A stretch of DNA of 60,179 nucleotides, counting the filler, from Nemertoderma westbladi (taxonomy: Eukaryota > Animalia > Xenacoelomorpha), in NCBI GenBank assembly GCA_032718475.1. It is 3 parts of 3 records of this genome, joined end to end, with 100 filler letters (N's around TTAATTAATTAA, not from the genome) between each part and the next. Parts side by side here need not be neighbours in the genome. Positions count along the whole stretch, not along the records: positions 45,272 to 60,179 come from JAUCBJ010007157.1; 2 more parts are not named here. The stretch is one strand, 5' to 3'. Made by a program: the position numbers and the translations under genes. Every line of letters starts with the position of its first letter. The stretch's first letter is position 1. Below, in pieces: positions 47,740 to 60,179 of the stretch. Under the pieces are notes generated by a model. It was not told the origin of the DNA. It worked only from the letters and a program-made list of their open reading frames with translations, and made no database searches.

Positions 47740-49665
47740 CTAATATCTTCGTTCTGGAATTTCAGGTAGTTCTTCGTCGTTATCTTGGGTTTCTTTTTCT
47801 TTAATATCGTTAACAACTTCTACATTGTCAGTATTATTAACAACTTCTACATTGTCAGTATCATTAACACACTCCGGGTTATCGCAACTTGTGACTTTGC
47901 TGACCTTTGTATATTTAACAGAAGTGCCAACAGCCATTTCTGTTACAGTGGCATCATATGTTATTTCTTTCCCATTGACTCCATATCGTGGATTGGATCT
48001 TGTTTTGTTGTCATGGAAACTAAATCCTAAAGTTTCATAACCACCAGAACTTTCATCAAGGACATTAACAATAGCGCCATCTTCATGTCCAGTAGGTGTG
48101 TCTGCGACAATATTTGTAGGTATACTACTATTGATATAAGATGTGTTAGTGTTACCCTGGTCTGTTGTGTTGCTTGCTGTAGCCGTATTCCTAGGGCCAC
48201 TGCTACCTGTACCAGTAACACGACCTTCTGTATCGGATGTTGTGTAGTATTCTACATCTGACACACCGATACCTCGAGCGGTAACATTTTTGCTAATGTT
48301 ATCGTCAAACATTTCGTAATCATCATTATCAATGGCTCCGCTGTTGCGGCCTAAAGGACTCGGTTGATCTCTGTGATGGCAACGTTTCCTCTTACAAACT
48401 ACAAAGAAGATAAAGGCAGTTACAACCAACACAATAACTGATCCCGTAACACTGAGTGCTATAGCAACTGTAGTTACATTGCCTCTATTGTCTTTACTTT
48501 TGATTTCGTCGGCGGTAGTAATTATTTTTTTATTGACTACCACAGTGACATTCACACTTACGGATTTTATATTCAGGTCACCCGGGATACAATAGACTTC
48601 GTACCAATAGATTCCACTGTCACTAAGGCCAACTGTAAACGACAGCGTTGATTGGTCACTGTTAGTAATAACATCGGTACTGTTATCGGAATTTTCTCTA
48701 AACCAAGTTATGTTATTGTTTGGCCAACCACTTATAAACTCAGCTTCTAGAACTAGCAGATCGCCTTGTACTAATGAACCAGGATCTCCGGCTCTGTTGA
48801 TGATAGTTAGATTGGTTGCTAGGTAACTAATCTCCACAGATAATGTGCAATTTTTAGTATCTCTTGAGATAATGTTTTTGGCGTAGCAAATAAATTCATA
48901 ATTATTTATATAATTCGCATCCATATCTCCTTGATATTCAGTTATTTTAGTTGGGTTGGGAATTTGATATTTAATCATTTCTGTAGTTCCATTTTGTTCG
49001 TAAATTGAATCACTATCCTGCTTTGGTAGCCCTGTTGTATCAACCCACTGGAATATGCCCGTATTAGGGTAACCTGTTTCTCTAAGCGAAGGCAACCAAT
49101 CATTAGCCTTGCACGACATGTAGGGCGATGATTGGTTACTAAGTAAATAACTGTTAACTTTTGGATCGAATTTCAAGTGACAATCTGAATTTCTAGATTC
49201 CATTTTCCCATTACATCCGCATTCTAGAATACTGCTGGATGATTGGCACATCGGTAGTGGAATGGTAGAGATTAACTCACCCCAATTCCAATAACATCTG
49301 TATTTATAATCCCCACTGTACTCGTAATGATTTATAAGACTATCGATAGTAAAGGTTGCGGTGTTAGCTTCCCTATCCAGTGTTACTGTTCCTCTAGCAG
49401 TGTTTGACACAATTGGTGCTATTTGATCTAACCTTAAGAAATTTATTTTCAAACTTTTTATGTTCATATACAATCCAATATCAACCGGTGATGCTGTTCT
49501 ATTTCCAATCCCACCTACCCACTTTATGCGACTGTCGTAACATTTCAAACGAAGTTTATCGCCGCTCACCAAACAATTTCGTCCGCTTGGTAGAATCTTT
49601 ACTAAACTGTTTGTGCCGCAAATACGCAGCAATACTAGGAAATAATATTCCAAATAAACATACAT
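47740..49665 (-). CDS. Intronless single-pass Ig-superfamily receptor (about 3 Ig-like domains, TM, Tyr-motif tail), nested antisense in a polycystin intron
   Basis: 641-aa ORF with hydrophobic N-terminus; LKC..IKW...TFTI...GDYKYRC; MSC...FQW...YEFICYAKN; ITWFRE...SDSGIYW; TM VAIALSVTGSVIVLVVTAFIFFVVC followed by KRKR; tail motifs YEMF, YIN, YETL, VKYTKV; AATAAA just after the stop. Confidence 0.85.
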   Translation of the reverse strand: MYVYLEYYFLVLLRICGTNSLVKILPSGRNCLVSGDKLRLKCYDSRIKWVGGIGNRTASPVDIGLYMNIKSLKINFLRLDQIAPIVSNTARGTVTLDREANTATFTIDSLINHYEYSGDYKYRCYWNWGELISTIPLPMCQSSSSILECGCNGKMESRNSDCHLKFDPKVNSYLLSNQSSPYMSCKANDWLPSLRETGYPNTGIFQWVDTTGLPKQDSDSIYEQNGTTEMIKYQIPNPTKITEYQGDMDANYINNYEFICYAKNIISRDTKNCTLSVEISYLATNLTIINRAGDPGSLVQGDLLVLEAEFISGWPNNNITWFRENSDNSTDVITNSDQSTLSFTVGLSDSGIYWYEVYCIPGDLNIKSVSVNVTVVVNKKIITTADEIKSKDNRGNVTTVAIALSVTGSVIVLVVTAFIFFVVCKRKRCHHRDQPSPLGRNSGAIDNDDYEMFDDNISKNVTARGIGVSDVEYYTTSDTEGRVTGTGSSGPRNTATASNTTDQGNTNTSYINSSIPTNIVADTPTGHEDGAIVNVLDESSGGYETLGFSFHDNKTRSNPRYGVNGKEITYDATVTEMAVGTSVKYTKVSKVTSCDNPECVNDTDNVEVVNNTDNVEVVNDIKEKETQDNDEELPEIPERRY

Positions 49666-49840
49666 TATTTAAATAATGGTGTGATGCGATGAATTTTACA
49701 TCACCGATTTATGAATTTCAACTATTTACATACTTGTATGTAAAGTGGCACTTACAGTATTCTAATCAGTGTGGTTACTTACGAGAACGAACGTAGTGAT
49801 TGGAAATATACATACGAGCATCAGATCGAAGTCTAGTAGA

Positions 49841-52800
49841 GTTGTATGAGACTCACTGTAAACTACATTACAGCGGGGTTGTATGAGACTCACTGTAAAC
49901 TACATTACAGCGGGGTTGTATGAGACTCACTGTAAACTACATCACAGCGGGGTTGTATGAGACTAACTGTAAACTACATCACAGCGGGGTTGTATGAGAC
50001 TCACTTTAAACTACATCACAGCGGGGTTGTATGAGACTCACTGTAAACTACATTACAGCGGGGTTGTATGAGACTCACTGTAAACTACATTACAGCGTGG
50101 TTGTATGAGACTCACTGTAAACTACATTACAGCGGGGTTGTATGAGACTCACTGTAAACTACATTACAGCGGGGTTGTATGAGACTCACTGTAAACTACA
50201 CCACAGCGGGGTTGTATGAGACTCACTGTAAACTACACCACAGCGGGGTTGTATGAGACTCACTGTAAACTACATTACAGCGGGGTTGTATGAGACTCAC
50301 TGTAAACTACATTACAGCGGGGTTGTATGAGACTCACTGTAAACTACATTACAGCGGGGTTGTATGAGACTCACTGTAAACTACATTACAGCGGGGTTGT
50401 ATGAGACTCACTGTAAACTACATTACAGCGTGGTTGTATGAGACTCAATGTAAACTACATCACAGCGGGGTTGTATGAGACTCACTGTAAACTACATTAC
50501 AGCGTGGTTGTATGAGACTCACTGTAAACTACATCACAGCGGGATTGTATGAGACTCAATGTAAACTACATTACAGCGTGGTTGTATGAGACTCACTGTA
50601 AACTACATCACAGCGGGGTTGTATGAGACTCACTGTAAACTACATTACAGCGGGGTTGTATGAGACTCACTGTAAACTACATTACAGCGGGGTTGTATGA
50701 GACTCACTGTAAACTACATTACAGCGGGGTTGTATGAGACTCACTGTAAACTACACCACAGCGGGGTTGTATGAGACTCACTGTAAACTACACCACAGCG
50801 GGGTTGTATGAGACTCACTGTAAACTACATTACAGCGGGGTTGTATGAGACTCACTGTAAACTACATTACATCGGGGTTGTATGAGACTCACTGTAAACT
50901 ACATTACAGCGGGGTTGTATGAGACTCACTGTAAACTACATTACAGCGTGGTTGTATGAGACTCACTGTAAACTACATCACATCGGGGTTGTATGAGACT
51001 CACTGTAAACTACATTACAGCGGGGTTGTATGAGACTCACTGTAAACTACATTACAGCGTGGTTGTATGAGACTCACTGTAAACTACATCACAGCGGGGT
51101 TGTATGAGACTCACTGTAAACTACATCACAGCGGGGTTGTATGAGACTCACTGTAAACTACATTACAGCGGGGTTGTATGAGACTCACTGTAAACTACAT
51201 TACAGCGTGGTTGTATGAGACTCACTGTAAACTACATCACAGCGGGGTTGTATGAGACTCACTGTAAACTACATTACAGCGGGGTTGTATGAGACTCACT
51301 GTGAACTACATTACAGCGGGGTTGTATGAGACTCACTGTAAACTACATTACAGCGGGGTTGTATGAGACTCACTGTAAACTACACCACAGCGGGGTTGTA
51401 TGAGACTCACTGTAACCTACATTACAGCGGGGTTGTATGAGACTCACTGTAAACTACATTACAGCGGGGTTGTATGAGACTCACTGTAAACTACATCACA
51501 GCGGGGTTGTATGAGACTCACTGTAAACTACATTACAGCGGGGTTGTATGAGACTCACTGTAGACTACATTACAGCGGGGTTGTATGAGACTCACTGTAA
51601 ACTACATTACAGCGGGGTTGTATGAGACTCACTGTAAACTACATTACAGCGGGGTTGTATGACACTCACTGTAAACTACATTACAGCGGGGTTGTATGAG
51701 ACTCACTGTAAACTACATTACAGCGGGGTTGTATGAGACTCACTGTAGACTACATTACAGCGGGGTTGTATGAGACTCACTGTAAACTACATTACAGCGG
51801 GGTTGTATGAGACTCACTTTAAACTACATCACAGCGGGGTTGTATGAGACTCACTGTAAACTACATTACAGCGGGGTTGTATGAGACTCACTGTAAACTA
51901 CATTACAGCGGGGTTGTATGAGACTCACTGTAAACTACATTACAGCGGGGTTGTATGAGACTCACTGTAAACTACATTACAGCGGGGTTGTATGAGACTC
52001 ACTGTAAACTGCATCACAGCGGGGTTGTATGAGACTCACTGTAAACTACATTACAGCGGGGTTGTATGACACTCACTGTAAACTACATTACAGCGGGGTT
52101 GTATGAGACTCACTGTAAACTACATTAGAGCGGGGTTGTATGAGACTCACTGTAAACTACATTACAGCGGGGTTGTATGAGACTCACTTAAACTACATTA
52201 CAGCGGGGTTGTATGAGACTCACTGTAACCTACATTACAGCGGGGTTGTATGAGACTCACTGTAAACTACATTACAGCGGGGTTGTATGAGACTCACTTT
52301 AAACTACATCACAGCGGGGTTGTATGAGACTCACTTAAACTACATTACAGCGGGGTTGTTTGAGACTCACTGTAAACTACATTACAGCGGGGTTGTATGA
52401 GACTCACTGTAAACTACATTACAGCGGGATTGTATGAGACTCACTTAAACTACATTACAGCGGGGTTGTATGAGACTCACTTAAACTACATTACAGCGGG
52501 GTTGTATGAGACTCACTGTAACCTACATTACAGCGGGGTTGTATGAGACTCACTTTAAACTAAATCACAGCGGGGTTGTATGAGACTCACTGTAAACTAC
52601 AGCACAGCAGGGTTGTATGAGACTCACTGTAAACTACATTACAGCGGGGTTGTATGAGACTCACTGTAAACTACATTACAGCGGGGTTGTATGAGACTCA
52701 CTGTAAACTACATTACAGCGGGGTTGTATGAGACTCACTGTAAACTACATTACAGCGGGGTTGTATGAGACTCACTGTAAACTACATTACAGCGGGGTTG

Positions 52801-54374
52801 TATGAGACTCACTGTAAACTACATTACAGCGGGGTTGTATGAGACTCACTTTAAACTACATCACAGCGGGGTTGTATGAGACTCACTGTAAACTACACCA
52901 CAGCTGGGTTGTATGAGACTCACTGTAAACTACATTACAGCGGGGTTGTATGAGACTCACTGTAAACTACATTACAGCGGGGTTGTATGAGACTCACTTA
53001 AACTACATTACAGCGGGGTTGTATGAGACTCACTTAAACTACATTACAGCGGGGTTGTATGAGACTCACTGTAAACTACATTACAGCGGGGTTGTATGAG
53101 ACTCACTGTAAACTACATTACAGCGGGGTTGTATGAGACTCACTTAAACTACATTACAGCGGGGTTGTATGAGACTCACTTAAACTACATTACAGCGGGG
53201 TTGTATGAGACTCACTGTAAACTACATTACAGCGGGGTTGTATGAGACTCACTGTAACCTACATTACAGCGGGGTTGTATGAGACTCACTGTAAACTACA
53301 TTACAGCGGGGTTGTATGAGACTCACTTTAAACTACATCACAGCGGGGTTGTATGAGACTCACTGTAAACTACATTACAGCGGGGTTGTATGAGACTCAC
53401 TGTAAACTACATTACAGCGGGGTTGTATGAGACTCACTGTAAACTACATTACAGCGGGGTTGTATGAGACTCACTTAAACTACATTACAGCGGGGTTGTA
53501 TGAGACTCACTTAAACTACATTACAGCGGGGTTGTATGAGACTCACTGTAACCTACATTACAGCGGGGTTGTATGAGACTCACTGTAAACTACATTACAG
53601 CGGGGTTGTATGAGACTCACTTTAAACTACATCACAGCGGGGTTGTATGAGACTCACTTAAACTACATTACAGCGGGGTTGTATGAGACTCACTGTAAAC
53701 TACATTACAGCGGGGTTGTATGAGACTCACTGTAAACTACATTACAGCGGGGTTGTATGAGACTCACTTAAACTACATTACAGCGGGGTTGTATGAGACT
53801 CACTTAAACTACATTACAGCGGGGTTGTATGAGACTCACTGTAACCTACATTACAGCGGGGTTGTATGAGACTCACTTTAAACTACATCACAGCGGGGTT
53901 GTATGAGACTCACTTAAACTACATTACAGCGGGGTTGTATGAGACTCACTTAAACTACATTACAGCGGGGTTGTATGAGACTCACTGTAAACTACATTAC
54001 AGCGGGGTTGTATGAGACTCACTGTAAACTACATTACAGCGGGGTTGTATGAGACTCACTTTAAACTACATCACAGCGGGGTTGTATGAGACTCACTTAA
54101 ACTACATTACAGCGGGGTTGTATGAGACTCACTTAAACTACATTACAGCGGGGTTGTATGAGACTCACTGTAAACTACATTACAGCTGGGTTGTATGAGA
54201 CTCACTGTAAACTACATTACAGTTACAGCTGGGTTGTATGAGACTCACTGTAAACTACATTACAGCGGGGTTGTATGAGACTCACTGTAAACTACATTAC
54301 AGCGGGGTTGTATGAGACTCACTTAAACTACATTACAGCGGGGTTGTATGAGACTCACTGTAAACTACATTGCA
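49841..54374. repeat. 37-bp satellite array, ~120 copies (GTTGTATGAGACTCACTGTAAACTACATTACAGCGGG)
   Basis: Head-to-tail units with no spacers; 35-bp deletion variants appear after ~52190. Confidence 0.97.
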
Positions 54375-54815
54375 GTATGTAATTTTATATGCAAAATTTT
54401 GAAAAATCTGAATATGAAAAACTGAATATTTTTTAGTGAATATTTTGACTGAATAATTTATAACTGGATATTTTTTCGAACCATTTATAATTCAGAACTT
54501 TAAGTTTTCCTTTAATTATTTATCTACCAGCAGCGTTTATAAAAAGTTACAGTTACACCGCAGTTATTCTTCAACCGTACAGTGATTGGTACTATTAGAA
54601 AGCTGGCCATGTAAGAATTCCAAATATGTAACTGAGATGATGTAACTGAAATAATGAGCTGAGATATGAGAGTTTGAAAGTTGTATGTTTTCGCTACCCT
54701 GGTGGCCATTTATAATATTTAATATTATATATACATCATATTCTAGAATATTTTGTTTATGTATGAATTTTTTTTACGTACTAGTATTATTATGTATAGG
54801 TACTGTATTGTTGCC

Positions 54816-55869
54816 AAGGTGTACTAAATAACGGGTCGTGGATCGAGCGGATTCCTGAATTTAGATAGGGTCGATCTGTTCCCTATCTATCGCACTACTT
54901 TCATAATATTTCCCTAGAAACTTCTAATATGCTACTTTTGTTTGGTGGATATGATGACTAGGGTTCATATAAATGTAATAAAATGTCTTTCTGGAATTTT
55001 TATATTGTTGTTGTCTGTTGTCAAGGTAACCGGGTGCAAAGTTCGAACTTTGCGCGTCTGAATTCAAGACGACGAGGGATTTTGTTCTTGAGATTTTGTA
55101 GGTGATTAAAGGGAATGAAAGTCTATCAAATTATTTGATATTTACATTTTTTTTCAATCCCGTTTCAATGGTGATGGGTATAATGATAATTTGACATTAC
55201 GACCCCCAGCTGCTAGAAATTTGGCTACTATTTACTATTTATATCATTTGCAACTGATATGCTTTGGGCCTGTCCTTTTTTCTAATAATTGTTAACCGAC
55301 ATTTATTATTCTGGAATGTAAAAATCATGCCTTCACAGGCTCGCTGATTGGATAGTTTTGTTTATTGGCACTTATTGACCTTAATTAATATGTTTCATAA
55401 TTGACGACATATAAAATAAAACGTTGGCAATTTAACTTATTATTTAGACTGACAAACTGAATAAAAGTTGTGTTTTATAGAATTGGCAGACAATTATTTT
55501 AATTTTTCATTTTACCTATTACTATGGCAACGGGAATGTAAAAAAAATAAAATGTAAAATATTCTGATAGACTTTTTTTACCTTTACTCGCCTACGAAAT
55601 CTCAAGAACAGAATCTATCGTCGTCTTGAATTATAGACGCGCAAAGTTCGAACTTTGCACCCGGTTACCTTGACAACAACAAGATAAAAATTCCAGAAAG
55701 ACATTTTATTACATTGCTATGAACTCTAGTCATCACATCCACCTAACAAAAGTAGCATAAGAAGTTTCTAGGGAAATATTATGAAAATAGTGCGATAAAT
55801 AGGGAAAAGATCGGCCCTATCTAATTTCAGCAATCAATTCGCTGAATGACGAGTTATTTAGTACACCTT
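54816..55869. mobile_element. Long-TIR non-autonomous DNA transposon (~330-bp TIRs, 8-10-bp TSD)
   Basis: AAGGTGTACTAAATAAC / GTTATTTAGTACACCTT termini; extensive inverted identity; ATTGTTGCC on both flanks. Confidence 0.85.
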
Positions 55870-56756
55870 CATTGTTGCCCAGCTACTTATGAGATGTTCC
55901 AGAATATCGTGCAGAACATTTTTAACAAAATGTTCCAGAATTTGGTTTATTTATTAAATAGAATAAAACAGCCTCGCGCAGGCTCAAAACCATGGAACTT
56001 TCTCAACTCGCTCGTATCTCAGCTATTTAATGACGAAATTCAGTTTGTGTTACATATTAGGAATCCTTGTACGGCCAGGTTTCCATCAGTACAAACAAAT
56101 CACTATAAGTATAAGGTTTAACCAATATGGTTGGCATTGACCCATATTTGGAATCCTTGCACGGCCAGCTTTCCATCAGTACAAACAAGTCACTTTAAGG
56201 TGGAAGAATAACTGCGGTAAAACTTGTGCAATATCGACGGTGACACCTTTTTCAAACGCTAAGCTAAAAATTGAAAGCAAAAAATTGTGGTTAAGAAGCC
56301 GCCAAACGATCTCTCTTTCAAATTTAATGGAATATAATATCCCCGAGATGGTTATACCATCCACTCTTTATTAAAATAATGTAATAAATATCTCGAGTAT
56401 AAAAAATAGTTAAAATAATATTATACATTATTTACCATGAAATTAATTCCAAACCGTTCAGTAATTTATTCATTTATAATTTCTTCATTTGATATTATAA
56501 GCTAGTAGTTATACATATCCAAGTAAACTAACTTCCTGGTACGAATGTGTAGAACTATCAGAGGGATCTTAATGCGAAGTATTCCGGGGAATTATTTGAG
56601 AATATTTGTATAATATTACAATGAGGAGTCGGATTAAAACAACCCGTTCCAAGTGGCAATCATTGCCAATATTGGGAATCAGTCGGACAAGGTTTTATAA
56701 ACGTTATGTCCTGCTATTAATGTTGCTGTACAGTTTCTTCAATGTATTCATTTAGT

Positions 56757-56853
56757 GAGCGCAAGCATTGAGCGCAAGCATTGAGCGCAAGCATTGAGCG
56801 CAAGCATTGAGCGCAAGCATTGAGCGCAAGCATTGAGCGCAAGCATTGAGCGC
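56757..56853. repeat. 13-bp tandem repeat (GAGCGCAAGCATT) x ~7
   Basis: Directly visible. Confidence 0.95.
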
Positions 56854-57114
56854 ATAGATTGGTGGCGGGCACTTTACAGGCAATTCTCGAAACAAATCCA
56901 CGCCAAACATCAGATCAATATAGGCCCCTATGCGATATTATTTTAATTAATTAGTAAATTTACTTACGACAAACCAAATAAATCAACATTCACAAAATTA
57001 TCGTTAATTTCTACGTCGGTAAATTATAATAATTGATGGACACTAATAATAATAATATTATTGCTAGGCAACCAAGGTGTCCAGTAAATACATTTTGTGT
57101 AATTTTTCTTTCAG

Positions 57115-57246
57115 TTTGGTATTGGCCTCATGTCGGCTCTGATGGTATTTCCTCTAACGGCCGCTGTAATTATTTTATTCCGCTATTCTGGCTGTAAAGA
57201 AACTGATAACCCAAACGAAAAAATAGAAAAATATTCTAAATTTACG
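57115..57246 (+). CDS. Polycystin-1 family exon (next TM helix)
   Basis: tttcag|FGIGLMSALMVFPLTAAVIILFRYS...KFT|gtgagt; phase 0, continuing GPIPIPIQQ (family pattern IGxxSxLxVFPxxxxxxxLFR). Confidence 0.88.
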
Positions 57247-58224
57247 GTGAGTTGATTTTGTTTTAGTTAGTAAAAGTTTATATAGACCGGGACTGAAATT
57301 AGTTTCAGTTTCAATTATCACGTTTTATGGTTATTTTTGTGTTTGATATTAATTCAAGGATGAAAATATATTTGCATAGAGTCGGTGGAAAATTTGCTGT
57401 TATATGCTCTAAGTTATGAATGAGTATAGCAGAAATACCTACACATAATCAGACATTAGCATGCACATAGTCAACTTTATTTTGTATAGGTATAGGCAGA
57501 TATATACCTTACTGCAACAGATACACAGAACAATTCGAATATGTTTCAATAATATCCTGCAATTATATGAAAATAATATAAAGAATATAAACATTTATTG
57601 TGGTATGATATCACTACTAGGGGGACTGTAATAGAAGTTACACAGTTCTGTTTCACGGTAACCCGACCATCGGGAACAACGTGGTGTAATTTGGTCTCTC
57701 TCCACTCTAGTGAGCAGTTCAGAGTGTTGGGTGGTGCTTAGTGTTCATCCTTGTTATTTATCTGCTAATATTGAAGGGCAGTAAACTAGTTGCTTTTTTT
57801 GGGTTTATAAGAAACAGCAAAATGTAATGGAATTGATAATTTATAGTCAGTTGTCTATTATAGGCCAATTCGTTCGACAGAGAGAGAGACCTGTACTCTA
57901 AGGGTTGTGCGTTTTTTACTTTTTTTTCCGATTTCATTGTTCTACCGGTGCACAAAAGTTGCCAAATGGTAAAAAAATAAGGCATAAAAAATGTCTTTAA
58001 ATTTCGTCTATATCTTCACGGATCCCAAGAGGGTTGAAATTTTGAGCCATCGCGATGCACCATAATGAAATTTATAGCAATATAACACATTAATGAAAGA
58101 TCAATGACTCAAGAAAGAACTTCCTGCATGCATCAAATGTCATCAAATGGTTCCAAACTTAGTTAGATACCAAAATTTTAATTTTTGGGTCAAGGGAACT
58201 AGTGCCACAGGCACATGACCAGAA

Positions 58225-58984
58225 CCTACTGGCGCAAGTAACTCTTATTCTCAATTTTGGTGATGGACAATTTTTAGTTCTCCTACGGCATTAATAGTAG
58301 GCTCATTATAGAACCGCAATGACCGACTTAGTGGGGGTAGACACCATCGAAACTAACATAGAGCGAATAGTTCTTGAGATATTGCAGAAAATGTTAAGTC
58401 CATAGCACAAGTCAACCGCCTGGATGATTTATAGACAAATACACAAAAATCTTACTTCTAGTTATCATAAGGCGTCAAAAATAAACACATCACTGCAACA
58501 AATTGATTTAGTGTATACAGAGACCTTCAAAATTAAAGAGTAGTACATAATTCACTATAGTTTTTGTACAAAATGTGTGGGATGGGTCAACTCAATATCA
58601 AGTATTAATTGGTTGACATAGTCTTGACATTTTGTAAAATAACTCAAGAACTAATGACTCTACTCTTATTTTGAAGATGTCTACACCCACTATATCGATC
58701 ATTTCTGTGATGTGTCTATTTTTGATTCCTTGAGATAATTCAAAGTATCATTTTTAGTGTATTTGTCCATATCACATCAAGGCGGTAATGTAGACTTGTG
58801 CCGGACTTCACATTTTCTGCGATATCTCAAGAACGATTCGCTCTATGTTTGTTTTGAAGGTGTCTACCCCCACTAAGTCGGTCATTGCGGTTCTAATGGG
58901 CATAATATTAATATATATTATATAGGAGAACTCAAAGTTGGCCATCGCGAAAATTGAGAATAATCAACACTTGCGCTAAATGGT
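58225..58984. mobile_element. Foldback/MITE whose right arm is interrupted by an RTE LINE
   Basis: agaaccgcaatgaccgacttagtgggggtagacacc vs ggtgtctacccccactaagtcggtcattgcggttct, plus further inverted blocks. Confidence 0.7.
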
Positions 58985-60179
58985 ACTAGTATCGGCATGC
59001 TGCATTGCAGCTGCATTTTTAGGAATGCTGTGCCGGCTTGTCAACAAAATTGCACCGCCACAACTCCCTATCACCCATGACATTTGCTAGATCATCCGCA
59101 TCTTTAAGGCCAGTGTCCTTTAAGATGCGTCTCAAGAAATTCATGGGCTGTCCACCATGCTTATTCACTCCATGAGGCTGCCAAAGTACAAGATTATGCA
59201 CTGGCTGGTCCTCACGGCGAAAGCAATGTCCTGCAAAGCGGAGGCGATTTTGTTCTAGTGTCAAGCTTGGGGGAACCAATTAGACACCTCCAATGTTATA
59301 TAGTGTCTGGTTGGAGATGTGTGCATTGTACTTGACACAATGAACCCGGCGTAGCATTCTTGTGAATGTGCCATCCAGAAATTAGGTGTCCTCAGCAGTT
59401 AGAGCCCAGCATGGACTCCCGTAGAGGAGTACTGGAACTACTGCTGCTCTAAATAATCGGACCTTAAGTTTCCGATTAATTCTCGGTGACTTCCAAATCC
59501 TGGAAAGCCTATTCAAGGCTGCCCATGCCTTTCCCTTACGTATTCGAAGGTCCTCACCTGACTTCCGGATCCATGATCCCAGGTAACAGAAGTCGTCCAC
59601 ATGCTCAAGCATACCATCCTTTGAGCTTATGCTCATCCGATCAGAGACTTGCTGAGGACTTTCAAAGTTAACTGTCAGAATTTTGGTCTTTCTGGAGTTA
59701 ATAAAAAGACCAACACTAGAAGCAGCATGTTCTAATGAGCTGAGGAGCCGTTGGGCTCCCTCTAATGATTCTGAGAGTACTCCTAAGTCATCAGCAAAGT
59801 CTAGATCAGTTAGGTACTTGGCAGGATTTCCTCGACTTCTGGAGCCAGTAGGTGGAGTTATCATCACCCCATCATCATTATGATGATCTAAGGACATGCG
59901 TAGAACATAGTCAACCACAATAATGAACAAGAATGGTGCAAGTGTGTCTCCTTGGAGGACGCCCCATAACACTTCAAATGGTTCTGTGTCACCGTCAACA
60001 GTAGACACAAATGTTGTCGAACCATCGTATACTGATCTGATTGCTGCAATAATTTCATCAGGAATCCAATATAATGAAAGTATGCTGAACATACGTGAGC
60101 GAGAGACTGAATCAAAGGCCTTGAAGAAGTCAACAAAGATAACAGCCAGATGCCTGTCTTTCTTATTTGATATCTCTTC
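58985..60179 (-). mobile_element. Second RTE-clade LINE copy (runs off the window), with premature stops
   Basis: Near-identical to 12619-13556 and extends further 5' (GVLQGDTLAPFLFI); a TAA at 59382-59384 interrupts the RT frame. Confidence 0.92.

Noticed and set aside
49841-54374. CRISPR array (37-bp repeat starting GTTG with internal palindromes)
   Set aside because: Units are head-to-tail with no unique spacers, there are no cas genes, and the context is a spliceosomal intron.

Overview
AT-rich, repeat-dense eukaryotic (invertebrate metazoan-like) genomic DNA. Two N-gaps containing an artificial TTAATTAATTAA linker (25233-25332, 45172-45271) make adjacency across them uncertain. Host genes: (i) two spliced N-terminal exons of a Cys-loop anion-channel (GABA-A/glycine/GluCl-type) subunit on the minus strand (22648-24998); (ii) five spliced exons of a polycystin-1-family gene (PLAT domain plus following TM helices) on the plus strand (46012-57246); (iii) inside a 9.6-kb intron of that gene, an antisense intronless 641-aa Ig-superfamily receptor with an ITIM-consensus tail, with a ~4.5-kb 37-bp satellite array about 175 bp upstream of its ATG. 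The rest is nested mobile DNA: a full-length APE-RT LINE with a 13-bp TSD whose ORF1 and ORF2 share one frame across a single TGA-C and a Pro-rich repeat; a BEL/Pao element reduced in frame to Gag-protease, lying between ~1.1-kb inverted LTR+leader-like repeats that contain tRNA-like boxes; two near-identical RTE LINE copies; degenerate LINEs; a Helentron/HINE-like modular tandem array whose junctions all fall at TGT; TTAA-flanked and long-TIR MITEs; a tRNA-derived SINE; minisatellites; and several near-perfect foldback palindromes. All family assignments come from motif recognition by eye, not database searches.
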